64,000 nt of DNA. It comes from Gaiellaceae bacterium (GTDB lineage Bacteria; Actinomycetota; Thermoleophilia; Gaiellales; Gaiellaceae). Below are positions 27,234 to 37,159 of this stretch, one piece after another. Location of the stretch: NCBI GenBank assembly GCA_045806105.1, contig JBJMJY010000002.1, positions 2,438 through 66,437 on the forward strand. The letters run 5' to 3'. The notes under the pieces were generated by a model. The model saw only the letters and a program-made list of their open reading frames with translations. It was not told the DNA's origin and ran no database searches. Positions within the stretch are counted from its first letter, which is position 1; each line of letters opens with the position of its first letter. A program made the translations under genes and the position numbers.

Positions 27234-27824
27234 GGGACGCGCCGGCACGCCCTGGACGCGCGTCGCCGGCTCGACGTCCCGGACGACCACGGCGCCGGCG
27301 GCCACGACCGCCCCGGCGCCGACCGTCACGCCGTTCACCACGGCCGCGCTCATCCCTATCACCGCGCCGTCGCCGACGAGGCTGTTGCCGGCGACGTTGG
27401 CGCCGGGGTTCAGCACGGCTCCCGCGCCGATGCGCACGTGGTGGCCTACGAGCGCGCCGCGCGCGACGAGCGAGTGCGGCCCCAGCTCGGCGCCGGCGCC
27501 GACGACCGCGCCCGGGCCGACTACGGCGCCCTCGCCGACGGCCGCGGACGGACTGACCACGGCGGCGGGGTGGACGACAGTCTCGACCCGCCAGCCGTGC
27601 TCGGCCAGCCGCGACCAGAGGGCAAGCCGGTCGCCGCCTAGGCCGATCGCCACGCTGCCCGGTTCAGCCTCGAGGCCGACCACCGGCAGGCCGTGGATCT
27701 CGCTCCCCACGCGGGCCGGGTCGACAAGCTCGAGCAGTGCGGCGACCTCGTGCCCCGCCGCGCGGGCGTACTCGACGACCTCGAGCGCGAACGACCCAGT
27801 CCCGGCCACGTGCAGCTCTGCCAC
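27234..27824 (-). CDS. NeuD/PglD-like sugar O-/N-acyltransferase (left-handed beta-helix, hexapeptide repeats)
   Basis: MAELHVAGTGSFALEVVEYARAAGHEVAALLE (Rossmann-like N-domain), then IGAGAVLNPGANVAGNSLVGDGAVIGMSAAVVNGVTVGAGAVVAAGAVVVRDVEPATRVQGVPARP. The annotated ORF then runs another 200 codons of S/T/R-rich sequence to 26610, with no stop at the expected end. Confidence 0.75.
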
Positions 27825-28035
27825 CGCGTGGACGATATCGCTCTGGCGATTTTGAGGTGAGCAGGGCTACGATCCGACGGCGCCGCGCCGAGGGCGGCGC
27901 ACGCACTCGGCGGCGACGCGGATCGGCCGCGTGTTCACTGGCCGGTCTACGACATCGGCGACCAGCCGGTCAGCGCACGGCCGCGGCGCCTGGGCGCTGA
28001 CGCTGTCGCGGCCGTAGCCGAGGTCCGAACGGACG

Positions 28036-28064
28036 GTGCCGCCCGGCCTCACGCCGGGCGGCAC
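28036..28064. terminator. 12-bp GC hairpin downstream of the HTH gene
   Basis: gtgccgcccggc-ctcac-gccgggcggcac, 10 nt beyond the stop at 28074; no U-tract. Confidence 0.4.
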
Positions 28065-28073
28065 TTCGTCTGC

Positions 28074-28325
28074 CTAGCTCCGCCGGTTCTCCGCGAGCCA
28101 GGCGTCGAGCTCGTTCCGGCTGAAGAACAGCCGGCCCTCGACCTTGCTGTGCGGGATCTGGTGCAGGTGCTGGCGCAGCCAGCGGATCGAGACGCGCATG
28201 TACTCGGCGGCCTCGGCCGTGCTCATCCACGGCGAGGAGTTCGAGAGCTGCAGGCGCTCGGCGAGCGCGGTCGCGAGCGCGTCGAGATCCGTGCGCGAGT
28301 TGTGAGTCTGAGTCTGCTGATGCAA
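28074..28325 (-). CDS. excisionase-family (MerR-like) helix-turn-helix DNA-binding protein
   Basis: GAAGGAGAGG SD, then TTG 28325. C-terminal MSTAEAAEYMRVSIRWLRQHLHQIPHSKVEGRLFFSRNELDAWL is the classic Xis/AlpA-type HTH. Confidence 0.7.
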   Translation of the reverse strand: MHQQTQTHNSRTDLDALATALAERLQLSNSSPWMSTAEAAEYMRVSIRWLRQHLHQIPHSKVEGRLFFSRNELDAWLAENRRS

Positions 28326-28378
28326 TGGAAAGCCTCTCCTTCGATCGCCTTGCGCAGCCGCGGCGCGCGGCTGCCCTG

Positions 28379-28714
28379 CTAGGCGGGGAGGGGAGGGGCG
28401 CGGCCGGCGTGCCGCGAAGCAAGCGCGGCCGCCCGAAGCGGCGACGAGCCGAAGAAGACGCCGAGGCTCGCCGACCGAAGCCGCACCACGTGGGCGGCGC
28501 GGCGGGCGAGCGTGAGCGCGAGGTCGTCGGCGGTGCGCATCAGCGCCCGGACGAGCCAGAGCGCGATGAGACCGCACGGCACCTGCAGCAGGAGGCCGGC
28601 CAGGAGCGCCGGCTCGGCCGCGAGCACCGAGCCGAGGTCGCCTTGCAGCAGCCGCTCGAGGTGCTCGTGCGCGAGCACCGCGGCCGACGGGATCCAGAGC
28701 AGCGGCGTCCTCAC
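28379..28714 (-). CDS. hypothetical small membrane protein (weak)
   Basis: Tail of ORF 28379..29827 from GTG 28714: VRTPLLWIPSAAVLAHEHLERLL...EPALLAGLLLQVPCGLIALWLVRAL... High GC3; sits between the NlpC/P60 and HTH genes. Confidence 0.3.
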   Translation of the reverse strand: MRTPLLWIPSAAVLAHEHLERLLQGDLGSVLAAEPALLAGLLLQVPCGLIALWLVRALMRTADDLALTLARRAAHVVRLRSASLGVFFGSSPLRAAALASRHAGRAPPLPA

Positions 28715-28773
28715 CGTCTCATCGTGCCAGACTGCGCCCGTTCGCACGATCGTGCCGCGGGTTGCCGCGACCG

Positions 28774-29790
28774 TCAGACGCCGAACGGCCTGACCGCGCC
28801 GACGAAGCCGAAGGCGTAGCCGGGCTGCGAGAGGGACGAGATCTTGACCACGTCGCCGGTGTGCGGCGCCTGGATGAACTTGCCGCCGCCGATGTACATG
28901 CCCTCGTGTTGCGGCCCGCGCGCGCTCGGCTCGAAGAAGACGAGGTCGCCCGGCTGCAGCGCCCACGGCGGCACGCGCACACCCTCGTAGAACTGCGAAC
29001 CGGTGTAGTGCGTCAGCTCGATCCCGAGCTGCGCGTAGACGTACTTCGTGAAGCCGGAGCAGTCGAAGCCGGTCAGCGGGTCTTCGCCGCCCCAGAGGTA
29101 GGGGACGCCGAGGTACTGCATGGCGAGCTGCACCGCCTTCCCGCCGACCGTCCCGTTCGTCGGGAGGCCGAGCAGCTGCGCCGCGGGGAGGCCGAGGTCG
29201 GAGCTGCCCGTGTCGGCGCCGTGGCCGCTGACGCCGAGGGCGAGCCACGAGAGGTGTGCCACATGGTGGTGCGGCTGCGGAGGCAGCGCGGCGCGCGCGA
29301 GCCCGACCAGCAGCTGCGACCCGGGGTCGATCCCGAGCGACGAGTCGCCGGCGACGACGCGCAGCCCGACGACGCCGCTGCCCTCGCCGGGCACGACCGC
29401 CTCCTGCAGCACGACGAGGTAGCTCGCCGGCCCGAGCGGCACCAGCGTGTTCGGCCGCGGCGCGACCGCCTTGCCGTTCACCGTCAGCCCGGACACGACG
29501 GCGCCTCTGAGCCCGTGCGCCGGCACGAAGATCCGGTCGGCGTAGACGAGCCCGCCGGCGATCGTGACGCCGCGCAGCGAGACGCCGTGGGCGCTGCGCG
29601 AGGACGCGTCGAAGCGCAGCGTCCAGCCGCCGTCCTGCATCGACGCGAACGCGCCTTGGCGGGCCGCGGCGACGAGGTGTCCCTGCGCGTCGCGGATCTC
29701 GGCAATCGCGCCGAGCGCGCTCGGGCTGAACGCGAGCAAGGACGCCGCAGCCCCGAGCAGGCCGAGAAGAAGCCGACGCACGCGCGGCAT
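28774..29790 (-). CDS. secreted NlpC/P60 (C40) peptidoglycan endopeptidase
   Basis: MPRVRRLLLGLLGAAASLLAFSPSALG signal. C-terminal catalytic domain AVQLAMQYLGVPYLWGGEDPLTGFDCSGFTKYVYAQLGIEL...GDLVFF...HEGMYIGGGKFIQAPHTGD. ATG 29820 is an alternative start. Confidence 0.85.
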   Translation of the reverse strand: MPRVRRLLLGLLGAAASLLAFSPSALGAIAEIRDAQGHLVAAARQGAFASMQDGGWTLRFDASSRSAHGVSLRGVTIAGGLVYADRIFVPAHGLRGAVVSGLTVNGKAVAPRPNTLVPLGPASYLVVLQEAVVPGEGSGVVGLRVVAGDSSLGIDPGSQLLVGLARAALPPQPHHHVAHLSWLALGVSGHGADTGSSDLGLPAAQLLGLPTNGTVGGKAVQLAMQYLGVPYLWGGEDPLTGFDCSGFTKYVYAQLGIELTHYTGSQFYEGVRVPPWALQPGDLVFFEPSARGPQHEGMYIGGGKFIQAPHTGDVVKISSLSQPGYAFGFVGAVRPFGV

Positions 29791-29830
29791 GGTTGCACAG
29801 CGGCAGGCGCGGCGCTGCATTCCGCAAGTT

Positions 29831-29859
29831 CTGAGAATGAGAAGCGTTTGCAGTAAGCT
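29831..29859 (+). promoter_or_regulatory. Zur/Fur-box-like imperfect palindrome plus -10 element abutting the regulator start
   Basis: CTGAGAATGAGAAGCGTTTGCAG (the first half TGAGAATGA resembles the TGAAAATGA half-site of actinobacterial Zur boxes), followed by TAAGCT (29854-29859) only 6 nt before GTG 29866, which suggests a leaderless transcript. Confidence 0.3.
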
Positions 29860-29865
29860 CACCTC

Positions 29866-30228
29866 GTGGCCACGCGGAACACGCGTCAGCGCCGACTGCT
29901 CGCCGAGCTCGTCGAGTCGCGCCACCATGCCTTCACGGCGGAGGAGCTGTGGAGCGACGCCCGCGCCTCGGCGCCGGTGAGCCTCGCGACCGTCTACCGC
30001 ACGCTCGCGCTGCTCGAGCGCGACGAGCGGGTGCGGCGGCTCGACCGCGGCCGCTTCATCGCCTGCGAGCCTGGCCATCACCACCACCTCGTCTGCGTCT
30101 CGTGTGGCTCGGTCGAGGAGACGGAGCTCTGCGCCGCGCCGCCGCTCACCGAGGTTCGCGAGCGGCACGGCTTCGTCGTCCAGCGGCACGATGCCGACCT
30201 GTACGGCGTCTGCGAGCGCTGCTCGTGA
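29866..30228 (+). CDS. Fur-family metalloregulator (probably Zur)
   Basis: TRQRRLLAELVESRHHAFTAEELW...LATVYRTLALLERDERV...HHHHLVCVSCGSVEE...GVCERC (two CxxC pairs). Confidence 0.85.
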   Translation: MATRNTRQRRLLAELVESRHHAFTAEELWSDARASAPVSLATVYRTLALLERDERVRRLDRGRFIACEPGHHHHLVCVSCGSVEETELCAAPPLTEVRERHGFVVQRHDADLYGVCERCS

Positions 30229-30944
30229 GCTGGATCGCGATTCCGCTCTCGCTGTGCACCGTGCTCTCGACGCTCGCCGGCGGCCTGACGGCGCTGCGGC
30301 TGCGGGCCCACCTCGAGACGGTGCTGGCGCTGAGCGGCGGGGTCGTCGTCGCGGTCGCGCTCTTCGACGTGCTGCCGGAGGCGATCGACGGGATCGACGA
30401 CTCGCGCCGCGTCACCTCGCTCGTCGCCGCGGGGTTCCTGCTGTTCTTCTTCTTCCAGCGCGCGATCGTGCTGCACCACCGGGACGACCCCGATGCGGCT
30501 CGGGCGCACCACCGGGTGGGGGCGTTCGGCGCGGCGGCGCTCTCGGTCCACAGCTTCGTCGACGGCCTCGGGATCGGGATCGCCTTCGGCGTCAACACGC
30601 TGACCGGCGTGCTCGTGTTCGTCGCGGTGATCAGCCACGACTTCGCTGACGGCCTGAACACCGTCACGTTCATCCTCCGCCAGCGGGGGGAGCGGCGGCA
30701 GGCCCTGCGTTGGCTCACGCTCGATGCCGCCGCGCCCTTCTTCGGCGCGATCGTCGGCAGCCTGATCAGCGTCTCCGACGAGAGCCTCGCGTACCTCCTC
30801 GCGCTCTACGCGGGGTTCTTCCTCTACGTCGGCGCGGCCGACCTCCTCCCGGCCGCCCACGCGCGCACCTCGCCGCTGCGGATCGGGCTCACCCTCGCCG
30901 GCTTCGCCGTCACCTACGGCATCGTCACCATCGCGTCGCAGTGA
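30225..30944 (+). CDS. ZIP-family divalent metal (zinc) transporter
   Basis: GTGA-coupled start, 8 hydrophobic segments, HSFVDGLGIGIAF and ISHDFADGL motifs, His-rich loop (HHRDDPDAARAHHR). Confidence 0.85.
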   Translation: MSWIAIPLSLCTVLSTLAGGLTALRLRAHLETVLALSGGVVVAVALFDVLPEAIDGIDDSRRVTSLVAAGFLLFFFFQRAIVLHHRDDPDAARAHHRVGAFGAAALSVHSFVDGLGIGIAFGVNTLTGVLVFVAVISHDFADGLNTVTFILRQRGERRQALRWLTLDAAAPFFGAIVGSLISVSDESLAYLLALYAGFFLYVGAADLLPAAHARTSPLRIGLTLAGFAVTYGIVTIASQ

Positions 30945-31063
30945 TGGAGGGGCCGAGCGCCGGAAGACGAAGAAGCTGCCGCGGGCGCGCCTGCTGCGGT
31001 GGGCGCGGACGTGCGGAAGCGTGATCGGCTGCCGTCAGTCGCTTCCGTCGCTGAAGTCCTGAG

Positions 31064-31783
31064 CTACGGGTGGGCGGCCGGCACCCAGTGCGGGCCGCCC
31101 CAGCTCAGGTCGTACGGGTAGTGGTGGATCACGTGCGCCCAGAGCGTCCAGGCGATCCAGCGCGAGGTGCCGTAGAAGAACGCCGCGCGGTAGATGACGA
31201 CGAGCGCACCGTGCGGAACGAGGCGGTTCAGCCAGGGCCAGAAGGCATCCGCCCGGTAGATGACGTTGTCGAAGTACTCGCTCGTCAGCACGCGCCAGCT
31301 GTAGAGGCCGTAGACGACGAAGACCAGGTCCCACATCGAGCCGAGGCCGCTGAAGTACGCCGCCGCGTCGGTCATCCGCCCGGTCTGCCCGGCGTACGCC
31401 CAGGCGTCGATGTGGAAGTGGAACGTCCAGGGGAAGAGGAGCATCGTGCCGACGGTGTCGCCCGCGTCGGTGAACGCGTGCGCCCACTGGCCGATCAAGA
31501 AGCTGACGCCCCAGAGCTTCGAGCCGAAGACCTTCCAGAGGATCAGCCCGATCACGACGCCGTAGATCAGCGAGTGCGTGAAGCCGAAGCCGGGCCAGCC
31601 CCGGTGGAACTGCGCCGGGTCGGACGCCTTCAGGTCCCACGGGCCGAGATGGATCCCATAGACGAACCACTTGGTCATCATGTCCGGCGAGTACGAGCCG
31701 ATCAGCAGCGGCACGAACGCGACCTTGAGGCGCATGTGCCTCTGGATCGCGTACGGCTCGAGGTCGTGTGCGGCCCAGCTCAC
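31064..31783 (-). CDS. membrane-bound metal-dependent hydrolase (YdjM/DUF457-like)
   Basis: [13 protein letters not shown]...SYSPDMMTKW...FTHSLIYGVVIGLIL...QWAHAFTDAGDT; hydrophobic and His-rich. Confidence 0.7.
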   Translation of the reverse strand: MSWAAHDLEPYAIQRHMRLKVAFVPLLIGSYSPDMMTKWFVYGIHLGPWDLKASDPAQFHRGWPGFGFTHSLIYGVVIGLILWKVFGSKLWGVSFLIGQWAHAFTDAGDTVGTMLLFPWTFHFHIDAWAYAGQTGRMTDAAAYFSGLGSMWDLVFVVYGLYSWRVLTSEYFDNVIYRADAFWPWLNRLVPHGALVVIYRAAFFYGTSRWIAWTLWAHVIHHYPYDLSWGGPHWVPAAHP

Positions 31784-31974
31784 GGCAACCTACGCACGAG
31801 CGCCGGGAGCAGCCACGCCGTCAGCAGCAGGTAGCCGAGCCCGACCCAGAACGAGAGCAGGAAGTCGATCCACGCCACGCCGATCGCGATGTAGACCGCG
31901 GCGGCGAGGCAGTAGCCGGCGAAGACGACGAGGTCGCGCCGCCCCGGGCGGTCGAAGCTCAGTCGCAGTCGCAC
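31780..31974 (-). CDS. small two-TM protein
   Basis: 64 aa. [47 protein letters not shown]. 4-nt overlap with the downstream hydrolase gene. Confidence 0.4.
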   Translation of the reverse strand: MRLRLSFDRPGRRDLVVFAGYCLAAAVYIAIGVAWIDFLLSFWVGLGYLLLTAWLLPALVRRLP

Positions 31975-32117
31975 GTGCGCTCGCCGAGGATCAGCCGCCG
32001 CCCGCAGGTCTCGCAGAAGCGTTCGGCCCCTCGCGCCGCCCTGCGCAGGCCGGGGAGTGCGAGGAGTGCCGCGAGCGCTAGGGCGAGGACGATCGAGGCC
32101 AGCTCCGGGTCGAGCAC
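31959..32117 (-). CDS. small membrane-anchored zinc-ribbon protein (weak)
   Basis: GTG 32117 gives [52 protein letters not shown] (TM plus CxxC...CxC). High GC3; no obvious SD. Confidence 0.35.
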   Translation of the reverse strand: MLDPELASIVLALALAALLALPGLRRAARGAERFCETCGRRLILGERTCDCD

Positions 32118-32147
32118 GCGGCGACTATATGCCACGACCGATGGACG

Positions 32148-32166
32148 GGTTTCTGGATCCGAAACC
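32148..32166. promoter_or_regulatory. operator-like palindrome 1 upstream of the aceB unit
   Basis: ggtttc-tggatcc-gaaacc; shares GGATCCGAAA with the second site. Confidence 0.35.
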
Positions 32167-32214
32167 ACCCCGCTTACTGGCCGTCCGACCGGAACCAGTA
32201 CAGTCGTTCTGGAC

Positions 32215-32226
32215 TTCGGATCCGAA
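32215..32226. promoter_or_regulatory. operator-like palindrome 2 upstream of the aceB unit
   Basis: Perfect 12-bp palindrome TTCGGATCCGAA, centred 63 bp from palindrome 1 and 21 nt before the small-ORF ATG. Confidence 0.35.
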
Positions 32227-32246
32227 ATGGGAAAGGGGTTGGCCGC

Positions 32247-32431
32247 ATGAACCGCTTGCTCTCGAAGATCCGGCCTGGCCAGAGGCACGAAGCCGCGAAC
32301 GGCAACGGCGTCAGGCACGTCCGTACCGTCCGCGGCCGCGCCTCCAGCCTACGCTCGGGCTACGTCCTGACCGCCGCGGAGACCGCTCCGTGCACGTGCC
32401 CGGACTTCTGCGAGCGGGACCACGACAACGA

Positions 32432-32435
<4 letters not shown>
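32247..32435 (+). CDS. 62-aa Cys-containing small protein translationally coupled to malate synthase
   Basis: GAAAGGGG SD 9 nt upstream of the ATG, very high GC3 across all 62 codons, C-terminus [21 protein letters not shown]. The TGA overlaps the aceB GTG (GTGA at 32432-32435). Confidence 0.5.
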
Positions 32436-33982
<1,547 letters not shown>

Positions 33983-33983
33983 A

Positions 33984-35243
33984 ATGGGCACGAACGGCAA
34001 CGGCACCGCCTCGAGGCGCTGGGAGGGCATCGAGCGGCCGTACACCTCGGAGGACGTGGAGCGGCTGCGCGGCAGCGTCCACGTCGAGCACACGCTCGCG
34101 CGGCTCGGAGCAGAGCGGCTCTGGGAGCTGCTGCAGCACGAGGACTACGTGCCGGCGCTCGGCGCGCTGACCGGCGGCCAGGCCGTGCAGATGGTGAAGG
34201 CCGGGCTGAAGGCGATCTACCTCAGCGGCTGGCAGGTCGCAGCCGATGCGAACCTCGCCGGTCAGACGTATCCCGACCAAAGCCTCTACCCGTCGAACAG
34301 CGGCCCCGCGCTGGTGAAGCGGCTGAACAACGCCCTCTTGCGGGCCGACCAGATCCACGCCGCCGAGGGCGACCGCGAGACGCACTGGCTCGCGCCGATC
34401 GTCGCCGACGCGGAGGCCGGCTTCGGCGGACCGCTGAACGCGTTCGAGGTGATGAAGGCGATGATCGAAAACGGCGCCGCGGGCGTGCACTTCGAGGACC
34501 AGCTCTCCTCGGAGAAGAAGTGCGGCCACCTCGGCGGCAAGGTGCTCATCCCGACGGGCCACTTCGTCCGCATACTGGTCGCGGCGCGGCTCGCTGCGGA
34601 CGTCTGCGGCGTGCCGACGATCCTGGTCGCCCGCACCGACGCGCGTAGCGCGAAGCTACTGACGAGCGACGCCGATCCGGCCGACGAGCCCTTCCTGACG
34701 GGTGACCGAACGGCGGAGGGTTTCTTCTGCGTCCGCGACGGGCTCGAGCCCGCGATCGCGCGCGGCCTCGCGGCGGCGCCCTACGCCGACCTCGTCTGGT
34801 TCGAGACGTCGACGCCGGACCTCGATGAGGCGCGCGAGTTCGCCGACGCGGTCCACGACCGGTTCCCCGGCAAGCTGCTCGCCTACAACTGCTCGCCGTC
34901 GTTCAACTGGCGCGCGCACCTGGACGACGACCGCATCGCCGGCTTCCAGCGTGAGCTGGGGGAGATGGGCTACCGCTTCCAGTTCGTCACCCTCGCCGGC
35001 TTCCACTCCCTCAACGCCGCGATGTTCGATCTTGCGCGCGGCTATGCGCACGAAGGCATGAGCGCGTACGTGCAGCTCCAGGAGCACGAGTTCGACCTCG
35101 AGCCGGCCGGCTACACCGCCACGCGGCACCAGCGCGAAGCCGGGGCGGGCTACTTCGACGCCGTCATGCAGGCGGTGAGCGGCGGGACGAGCTCGACGCT
35201 CGCGCTCGACGGGTCGACGGAGGCCGCGCAGTTCCGGGCCTGA
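33984..35243 (+). CDS. aceA: isocitrate lyase
   Basis: [20 protein letters not shown]..., [45 protein letters not shown]. Confidence 0.95.
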   Translation: MGTNGNGTASRRWEGIERPYTSEDVERLRGSVHVEHTLARLGAERLWELLQHEDYVPALGALTGGQAVQMVKAGLKAIYLSGWQVAADANLAGQTYPDQSLYPSNSGPALVKRLNNALLRADQIHAAEGDRETHWLAPIVADAEAGFGGPLNAFEVMKAMIENGAAGVHFEDQLSSEKKCGHLGGKVLIPTGHFVRILVAARLAADVCGVPTILVARTDARSAKLLTSDADPADEPFLTGDRTAEGFFCVRDGLEPAIARGLAAAPYADLVWFETSTPDLDEAREFADAVHDRFPGKLLAYNCSPSFNWRAHLDDDRIAGFQRELGEMGYRFQFVTLAGFHSLNAAMFDLARGYAHEGMSAYVQLQEHEFDLEPAGYTATRHQREAGAGYFDAVMQAVSGGTSSTLALDGSTEAAQFRA

Positions 35244-35245
35244 GC

Positions 35246-35953
35246 ATGGCCGAGGACGACGCCGGAGGCACGAAGGCCGACGAGATCGCACTCGCGCTCG
35301 AGGACGCCGTCATCTCAGGCGAGCTTGCGCCGGGCACGGTGCTGCGGCAGGAGACGCTGTCGGAGCGCTTCGGCGTCAGCCGCACGCCGATTCGCGAGGC
35401 CCTGCGCCGGCTCGCCGCGACCGGGCTCGTCTCGTTCGAGCCGAACCGCGGCGTCCGGGTGCGCGCGATCCCTCGTGAGGAGCTCCGCGAGGCTTTCCTC
35501 GTGCGCGCGGAGCTCGAGGCGTTGGTCACGGGGCTCGCCGTGCCGCGCTTCGACGAGCCGAGGTTGCTCGCGCTGCGCGCCGCCGACGCCGACTTCGCCC
35601 GTCTGACCGTCGAGCTCCTCGACCGCCGGCACGCGGAGGAGGAGCGGACGCAGCTGACGGGCGAGTGGGTTCGCGCGAACTACCGCTTCCACGACGTGAT
35701 CTACGAGGTGGCGGCGGTGCCGTTCGTCGAGCGGGTCGCGAAGAACGCCCGCCGCACGTTCCTCAGCCGCTGGCGGCCGGGCGGGCCCGAGATCGACGAC
35801 CTCTACGAGCAGAACATGCACCAGCACCGCGCCATCCTCGGCGCGATCGAAGCCCAAAGCGCGGAGGGCAGCCGTGCGTTGGCGCACGAGCACGTCCTCC
35901 ACTCGTGCCGCCTGCTCGAGGTGATCCTGGACCACGTTGCCCCTGCTGCCTAG
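35246..35953 (+). CDS. GntR-family transcriptional regulator (FadR/FCD subfamily)
   Basis: LRQETLSERFGVSRTPIREALRRLAATGLVSFEPNRGVRV wHTH, then an all-helical C-domain with HRAILGAIEAQSAEG. Confidence 0.9.
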   Translation: MAEDDAGGTKADEIALALEDAVISGELAPGTVLRQETLSERFGVSRTPIREALRRLAATGLVSFEPNRGVRVRAIPREELREAFLVRAELEALVTGLAVPRFDEPRLLALRAADADFARLTVELLDRRHAEEERTQLTGEWVRANYRFHDVIYEVAAVPFVERVAKNARRTFLSRWRPGGPEIDDLYEQNMHQHRAILGAIEAQSAEGSRALAHEHVLHSCRLLEVILDHVAPAA

Positions 35954-36022
35954 CCTGCGCGGGACTCGGTCGTCGGCCGAGTGTTCTGGGAGCCCGGGGC
36001 TGCAGGTGCTCGGCGGCTCGGG

Positions 36023-36496
36023 CTAGCGGCCGACCAGGTCCTGGAACGCGGCCCTCGTCGCGGATCGGTCGAAGTCCGAGTCGTCTCTGGCGAGAGAGCG
36101 GCAGCCGTCCCAGGCGTCGATCGCGCGCCCGAGGTCCTCGAGGGCCTCGGCGGTGCGGCCCGCGAGGCTCTCGGCGCAGGCCACGTTGTACGCCAGGGCC
36201 GGGTGCTCCGGATGAGCTTCGAGCAGCTCGCGCCCGCGGTCTGCCGCCTTGGCGTACTCGCCGGCCCCGCAAAGCGGGCCCACCGACTCCCACAGCGAGA
36301 CCACGACCAAGTCGGGCTCCGTCGGCTCTGTGTAGAAGCCCTGCGAGCCGCACTCCGGGCAGTAGTGGAAGACGTGCTCCTTCCTGTCCGACTCGTCGGA
36401 GATGCGCGAGTAGCCGTTGAAGCGGCCGGTGACATGCACCTGATCGGACGCGAACCCGCCTGCATCCCGAAGGCGCTTCTGGTCCGCCTCTGGCAA
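36023..36496 (-). CDS. hypothetical protein (Cys-motif N-part, TPR-like C-part)
   Basis: 157 aa from TTG 36496. HVFHYCPECGSQGFY, then helical EYAKAADRGRELLEAHPEHPALAYNVACAESLAGRTAEALEDLGRAI. The frame stays open upstream (..GLYLCNCLA..) but has no start there. Confidence 0.45.
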   Translation of the reverse strand: MPEADQKRLRDAGGFASDQVHVTGRFNGYSRISDESDRKEHVFHYCPECGSQGFYTEPTEPDLVVVSLWESVGPLCGAGEYAKAADRGRELLEAHPEHPALAYNVACAESLAGRTAEALEDLGRAIDAWDGCRSLARDDSDFDRSATRAAFQDLVGR

Positions 36497-36570
36497 GGCG
36501 AGGCAGTTGCAGAGATAGAGACCTGCGGCGGCACGTTTGAGTCGGCGGAAATGGGGCAGCGAAAGCAGCG

Positions 36571-37116
36571 ATGGGCGCGGACCTCGGGCGTCTCCTCTTG
36601 CGAGTGACCGTCGGGTCGATCTTCGTCGAGCACGGAAGCCAAAAGCTCTTCGGCTGGTTCGGCGGACACGGCCCAGACGGCACCGGGCAGTTCTTCGAGT
36701 CGCTCGGCCTTCGGCCGGGACGGCGCCAGGCGATCATGGCGGGCGTCGCCGAAGCGGGAGGCGGCGCGCTGCTCGCGCTCGGTCTGGCGACGCCGGCGGC
36801 GGCTGCCGCTCTCGGCAGCGTGATGGTGACCGCCCTCCGCACGGCCGTCTGGCGCGACGGGATCAAGGTCGGGACCGGCGGCTACGAGGTGCTTCTGCTC
36901 GCGAACGCCGTTGCCGTCGCCGACCTCGGGCCGGGCCGCCTCTCGCTCGACGCGCTCCTCGGCCGGGAGCGCCGGGGCATGGGCTGGGGAACCGCCGCGC
37001 TCGGCGCGGCGCTCGCGGGCTCGGCGCTCGCGGTCGCCGCCGGCAGGCGCGCTCCCGAGCCGACGGCCGAGACGCCGTCGCGCGACGAGGCCCAGGCGAC
37101 GGCGACCGCGTCGTAG
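36571..37116 (+). CDS. DoxX-family membrane protein
   Basis: LLLRVTVGSIFVEHGSQKLFGWFGGHG...GQFFESLGLRPG...; four hydrophobic segments. Confidence 0.85.
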   Translation: MGADLGRLLLRVTVGSIFVEHGSQKLFGWFGGHGPDGTGQFFESLGLRPGRRQAIMAGVAEAGGGALLALGLATPAAAAALGSVMVTALRTAVWRDGIKVGTGGYEVLLLANAVAVADLGPGRLSLDALLGRERRGMGWGTAALGAALAGSALAVAAGRRAPEPTAETPSRDEAQATATAS

Positions 37117-37159
37117 CGGTCCGTCGAGGAGCTCAGCGGGCGCCGACGGGCGCGACCGC

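Noticed and set aside
26610-27824. Treating the 404-aa ORF as one protein
   Set aside because: Only the first 197 residues look like a real (NeuD/PglD-like) protein. The remaining ~200 residues are S/T/R-rich and coincide with a better GT2-like reading in the +1 frame.
28070-28081. gcctagctcc resembling the tRNA-Ala 3' end (ggctagctcc), as a possible attR
   Set aside because: Only 8-9 nt match, which is too short to distinguish from chance in a 64-kb window. It also coincides with the stop codon of the HTH gene.
29791-29865. ydaO/c-di-AMP riboswitch upstream of the NlpC/P60 gene (common in Actinomycetota)
   Set aside because: Only 45-75 nt are available before the divergent regulator gene. 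That is too short for this riboswitch, and no conserved elements were seen.
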